Source: Vicinamibacterales bacterium
GTDB taxonomy: Bacteria; Acidobacteriota; Vicinamibacteria; Vicinamibacterales; JAMQPK01
Length of the DNA stretch: 64,000 nt
Reading direction: 5' to 3'
NCBI GenBank assembly: GCA_963744405.1
Contig: CAVUTO010000020.1
Coordinates: forward strand, 24,666-88,665
The position numbers and the translations under genes were made by a program. This document shows, in pieces, positions 63,956 to 64,000 of the stretch. Position 1 is the stretch's first letter. Each line of letters begins with the position of its first letter. The notes beneath the pieces were generated by a model that saw only the letters and a program-made list of their open reading frames with translations, had not been told where the DNA came from and ran no database searches.

Positions 63956-64000
63956 TTCTACGTTTCACTTTCTACGTTTCACTTTCCACTTTTTACTTTC
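63951..64000. repeat. Simple repeat (CTTTCTACGTTTCA / CTTTCCACTTTTTAC type), runs off the window end
   Basis: CTACTTTCTACGTTTCACTTTCTACGTTTCACTTTCCACTTTTTACTTTC contains a 15-nt unit repeated twice. Confidence 0.75.

Noticed and set aside
1-64000. Search for tRNA, rRNA, tmRNA, integrase, transposase, phage, toxin-antitoxin or known defence-system genes.
   Set aside because: No cloverleaf-like sequence with a GTTCGAATC-type T-arm, no rRNA-like stretches, and no ORF with recognisable recombinase, Cas, restriction, Abi or TA motifs were found by eye. Absence is stated with the caveat that no search tools were run.

Overview
Visibly GC-rich chromosomal segment. Its gene content looks like a soil Acidobacteriota-type bacterium (inference from an Oar-like TonB receptor, many PQQ-like beta-propellers and a Ser/Thr kinase with TPR tail). 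I recognise about 55 protein genes and no rRNA, tRNA, CRISPR array, transposase or integrase.

Gene order:
- ABC-2 exporter operon (29-2981)
- secreted beta/gamma-crystallin-like protein
- membrane MutS-related ATPase
- second ABC-2 exporter (6367-8914) and a NodB-type deacetylase
- tldD/pmbA
- Fe-alcohol dehydrogenase
- GH15 hydrolase plus MFS transporter
- PadR module
- Na+/solute symporter
- same-strand accessory locus (24.4-38.5 kb): two adenylate-forming enzymes, LuxC/ALDH-like reductase, GT4, YbbA/YbbP-like ABC exporter, HemN-like radical SAM, UbiC/DUF98-like protein, 4HBT thioesterase
- dense PQQ-like propeller cluster (38.8-45.5 kb) with an embedded flavin-halogenase-like gene
- duplicated OGFr-like genes flanking a kinase
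- two more propellers
- Oar-like TonB receptor, MFS, MscS, NHL propeller, beta-carbonic anhydrase, cupin

Main non-genic signals:
1. Nearly every intergenic spacer is filled by degenerate short-unit simple repeats, often as long inverted repeats, and some sit in-frame inside CDSs.
2. Three copies of a 137-138 nt four-way-junction-like palindromic element.
3. A recurrent REP-like hairpin.
4. Many frameshifts, concentrated at 26.8-29.8 kb and 36.1-36.8 kb. These are either pseudogenisation or indel errors in the assembly.

Limits: all functions come from motifs I recognise by eye, start codons are best guesses, and no searches or energy calculations were run.
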